A stretch of 47,363 nt of DNA from IMG/VR virus record IMGVR_UViG_3300035109_000020, positions 1-47,363 of that record; one strand, written 5' to 3'. Below, piece after piece: positions 44,553-47,363 of this stretch; the first letter of the stretch is position 1, and each line of letters opens with the position of its first letter. The notes under the pieces are model-generated. The model was not told the DNA's origin. It searched no databases and worked only from the letters and a program-made list of their open reading frames with translations. This stretch comes from a virus. Its lineage: Duplodnaviria > Caudoviricetes. Position numbers and translations under genes: made by a program.

Positions 44553-45660
44553 CAGCAAGATCGAATGGACCGATGCGACGATAAACCCGATCCGCGCACG
44601 CAACCGTGAGACGGGCAAGCCAGGCTGGCATTGCGAAAAAGTCTCGCCAGCCTGCGCTAACTGCTATTCCGAAAGGCTCAACATAAAGCCAGGCGCGACC
44701 GGCGGAACCGGTCTCCCATACAAGCCAGGCCACCGCGACGACATTGAGCTTTTTCTGCATGAGCACCAGCTGTTGCAGCCGCTACGCTGGAAACGCCCGC
44801 GCCGCATTTTCGTCTGCTCAATGACAGACCTGTTCGCGGATTTTGTCCCAGACGAATGGATCGACCGCGTCTTCGCGGTCATGGCGCTTTGCGCTGGAAG
44901 AAAAACCGATGATCAAAGTGTGATCATCGGTTACAAGGCGCACCATGATTTCCAACTGTTGACGAAACGTCCACATCGGATGCGTCAATATATTTCAGGT
45001 ATTGTCGACCTTGCGAAAGGCGATCTCTCCGCCTTTCTTGATCATCGCTTTGCGCAGAGCATCCGAAATGTTTCACGACTTGCCGGACATCCGTTTTGGA
45101 TGAATGCTCCTTTTTCCGTTTTGGGGTGGCTGACTGATGGTCTGCCTGGCTTATGGCTCGGCGTGACGGCCGAAGATCAGCCACGCGCCGACGAGCGCCG
45201 AGAGGATTTCGAAGCGACACCCGCCGCCGTGAAATTCGTGAGCTATGAACCGGCGCTTGGGCCGGTCAACTGGCGCGGATGGGAGTTCGTCAATCAAATC
45301 ATCTTTGGAGGGGAGAGCGGGCGAGATGCGCGAATTGCCGTCACCGCATGGGCGCGCGCCACAAGAAGCTTTTGCGCAGCGAATGCGATCGCCTATTTCC
45401 ACAAGCAGAACGGCGAGTGGATCGACGCGGACGCGTGGCTGCGTCACCTGACAAACTTCGGAGAGTTTCAGGCCTACGGCCTTGATTATGATCCTCACCG
45501 GCCGCTGACCTTCGAGGAAGCAGCGCAGCTCGCGAAAGGCGCTGGTTATCGTTTTGAGCACCTATCCTCTGGCGCGACTATGCTGCGCGTCGGCAAGTCC
45601 CGCGCCGGCCGCCTGCTCGACGGCCGCGAGCACAACGACTTCCCGGAGGCGCGGTCATGA
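44542..45660 (+). CDS. Gp37/Gp68 (DUF5131) family protein
   Basis: SKIEWTDAT.NP, CEKVSPACANCY, IFVCSMTDLF, LLTKRP, SYEPALG, GGESG, AGRLLDGREH. Confidence 0.92.
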   Translation: MAANSKIEWTDATINPIRARNRETGKPGWHCEKVSPACANCYSERLNIKPGATGGTGLPYKPGHRDDIELFLHEHQLLQPLRWKRPRRIFVCSMTDLFADFVPDEWIDRVFAVMALCAGRKTDDQSVIIGYKAHHDFQLLTKRPHRMRQYISGIVDLAKGDLSAFLDHRFAQSIRNVSRLAGHPFWMNAPFSVLGWLTDGLPGLWLGVTAEDQPRADERREDFEATPAAVKFVSYEPALGPVNWRGWEFVNQIIFGGESGRDARIAVTAWARATRSFCAANAIAYFHKQNGEWIDADAWLRHLTNFGEFQAYGLDYDPHRPLTFEEAAQLAKGAGYRFEHLSSGATMLRVGKSRAGRLLDGREHNDFPEARS

Positions 45661-45983
45661 CTGGCCAGCTCTATCTCGACATCAACCCAGAGCGCCGGAT
45701 CGATATCACACTGCGAAATATTGACGACGCAGTCGCCAAGAGTGGCCACGACGTCACTAAAGAGTCTTGGTGGCCAATACTGCATCTCGTCTCTCATCTT
45801 CGCGGCATGGAGATGGCGGAATCCAGCATCGGCATGAAGAATTCCGAGCCCCTCGCCGACGCCTACGACCGCCTGATCAACCCTGGCGACATGAGCGCCG
45901 TGCCGGCCATCCTCGCCACATTCCACGCTGTCTATGGCCAGTCGGATAACTATGTGGATGCGCGCGAGAAAGGGGCGGCGTGA
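45657..45983 (+). CDS. Hypothetical protein
   Basis: GGAGG SD; ATGA-coupled. Confidence 0.6.
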   Translation: MTGQLYLDINPERRIDITLRNIDDAVAKSGHDVTKESWWPILHLVSHLRGMEMAESSIGMKNSEPLADAYDRLINPGDMSAVPAILATFHAVYGQSDNYVDAREKGAA

Positions 45984-46050
45984 CCTCTCCAAATCTCCAA
46001 CCGTTGCAAGACGAAGTCGCGCGCGCCGCCATCAACCCGGAGCAAGGGGA

Positions 46051-46242
46051 ATGACCGACACTCAGCCACCAACAACAGAAGGCGAAATGGAGACGATATA
46101 TCTCACGCCGCATTGCAAGGACTGCAAGCGAGACTTGCAGAACTATGACGTTCTGCTCTGGTGCGTAGACCCTCAAGACCCTTGCGAAGATTGCGGCAAG
46201 GAGTGGATCAAATACACGCGCGCCACGGAGCAAGGGGAATGA
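46051..46242 (+). CDS. Small Cys-rich protein
   Basis: CKDC and CEDC motifs; flanked by 19-bp direct repeats. Confidence 0.55.
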   Translation: MTDTQPPTTEGEMETIYLTPHCKDCKRDLQNYDVLLWCVDPQDPCEDCGKEWIKYTRATEQGE

Positions 46243-46481
46243 CCAAAGACGAAGCGCTCGACCGCGCACACATCGCATTCAACTCGGCAAGGAATTTCGC
46301 AGCGGCGAAGGAGGCATTCCTCGCCTCCCTCAAATCCAACGGCTGGGAGGTTGTGCCGGTGGAAGCGACCAGCAGGATGCTTTATGCCGCATGGCGCCTT
46401 CACGATAGCAAACCGACCACATGCGCGCCGAGCGATCTTTGGCGCGCCATGCTCGCCGCCGCCGAAGGAGAAGACCAATGA
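46239..46481 (+). CDS. Hypothetical phage protein
   Basis: GWEVVPVEAT..M...WRAMLAAA motif common in phage early genes. Confidence 0.65.
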   Translation: MTKDEALDRAHIAFNSARNFAAAKEAFLASLKSNGWEVVPVEATSRMLYAAWRLHDSKPTTCAPSDLWRAMLAAAEGEDQ

Positions 46482-46990
46482 GCGAACAATCCATCGTTCC
46501 CGAAACGCATCCCTTGATGATCGCTTGGAAGGTTTACAAGGCAACCGACGACTACGCTTGCTCAAGAGAGTGGGCGAAACATGACGATCATGTTGACGGC
46601 TCTCTGTGGGCCGCATTTGACAACGGCTACAGAGCATCCGCCGACGCGATCCGCGCCCTTGAGAACGAGCGGGACGAATGGAAATCGCAATGCGAGCAAT
46701 GGGCGCAGAAAGCCTCAGAATGGGCTGTCGAGAAAGAACAATGGGAAGCGCGCCTAGCGGTTGTCCATAACCGTCTGTATTTAAGCCGATCATCCTCATG
46801 CGCTGCGATAGCCCGCGCCCTCGCCGCCGAGCAATCCCGCGACGCGCTCGCGAAGGCAATACAAACCATCGTAACGACTGGGGCGCGTGACGAGAGAACG
46901 CTGCTTGGGGTGACGCAGGGTATCGTGTTGGTTGACGAGAAAGATTTCGACGCCCTCCGCTCTCTCATCGAGGCGCTCGACAATGGATGA
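46478..46990 (+). CDS. Hypothetical coiled-coil protein
   Basis: AGGAG SD; ATGA-coupled. Confidence 0.6.
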   Translation: MSEQSIVPETHPLMIAWKVYKATDDYACSREWAKHDDHVDGSLWAAFDNGYRASADAIRALENERDEWKSQCEQWAQKASEWAVEKEQWEARLAVVHNRLYLSRSSSCAAIARALAAEQSRDALAKAIQTIVTTGARDERTLLGVTQGIVLVDEKDFDALRSLIEALDNG

Positions 46991-47267
46991 CCCAATTTTC
47001 AAGATCGCGCTTATCGTGGTCCTATGTGTGATTGCGGACATTCTGCGAGACATTTTGCGCGAGTTGAAAGAAACGCGCAAGGCGATCGACAATGGAGGCG
47101 GGAGCGAGGCGCTGGAGACGTTCGATGAATTCTCTGGCGAAGGACCTGACGAAGAAGTCGCATACTGCCGATTCACTCGAAAAGAAATCCGCGCTGCCCG
47201 ATCCGCCAAGGCCGAAGCCGAGAAGGCGCTGGGGGACGCGCTGCCCGCTACGGAGGCGCTCTCATGA
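46983..47267 (+). CDS. Hypothetical protein with N-terminal hydrophobic helix
   Basis: Overlapping starts and stops with neighbours. Confidence 0.5.
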   Translation: MDDPIFKIALIVVLCVIADILRDILRELKETRKAIDNGGGSEALETFDEFSGEGPDEEVAYCRFTRKEIRAARSAKAEAEKALGDALPATEALS

Positions 47268-47363
47268 CGCTCGCCCTTTCGATCCGCCAGCCGTGGTGCT
47301 GGGCCATCCTTCACGCCGGCAAGGACGTCGAGAACCGAGATTGGTCAACGCGCGTGCGCGGTC
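47264..47363 (+). CDS. ASCH domain protein, runs off the window edge
   Basis: MTLALSIRQPWCWAILHAGKDVENRDW.T..RG, the ASCH GxKxxExR motif. Confidence 0.85.
   Translation, partial: MTLALSIRQPWCWAILHAGKDVENRDWSTRVRG

Larger units (their letters stand above)
1..47363. mobile_element. Temperate siphovirus-type phage/prophage (HK97-like head, RcGTA-like tail tip); both ends lie outside the window
   Basis: Complete ordered head-neck-tail-lysis modules, replication genes and a divergent cI/cro switch; no host housekeeping genes seen. Confidence 0.97.

Noticed and set aside
43480-44766. 428-aa minus-strand ORF
   Set aside because: Arg-rich shadow over a coupled chain of plus-strand genes
44542-45660. 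Gp37/Gp68 as part of a DNA-modification cluster
   Set aside because: No recognisable partner genes nearby; the family is common in temperate phages
43567-47363. Integrase or att site near the Xis-like gene
   Set aside because: No tyrosine or serine recombinase motifs or tRNA fragment seen; probably outside the window

Overview
This window is most of a temperate, long-tailed (siphovirus-type) phage or prophage genome with high GC. An alphaproteobacterial (Hyphomicrobiales-like) host is inferred from the RcGTA-type tail and head-spike genes and an alpha-r8-type sRNA. The minus strand (38607 to 1) carries one long lytic arm: cro, early and replication genes (MT-A70 methylase, HD hydrolase, SNF2 helicase, HTH initiator with internal ori), a NusG-like antiterminator, HNH/terminase/portal/protease/HK97 capsid, neck, tail, tailspike, and lysis/accessory genes. 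The plus strand from 38692 carries a cI-like repressor, a lipoprotein and the other early operon (ParB-like, Xis-like, Gp37/Gp68, ASCH). No integrase, att site, tRNA or CRISPR is visible. The most notable items are: a phage-borne MmgR/suhB (alpha-r8)-like sRNA; an Acb2/Tad1-type cyclic-nucleotide sponge in the lysis region; a repeat-built cassette array downstream of cro carrying antisense genes and a stand-alone paralogue of the initiator C-terminal domain; a glycosyltransferase inside the capsid operon; a tailspike with an apparent signal peptide; and a (GC)n-frameshifted CHAP-like gene. All family assignments come from motif recognition by eye; no searches were run.
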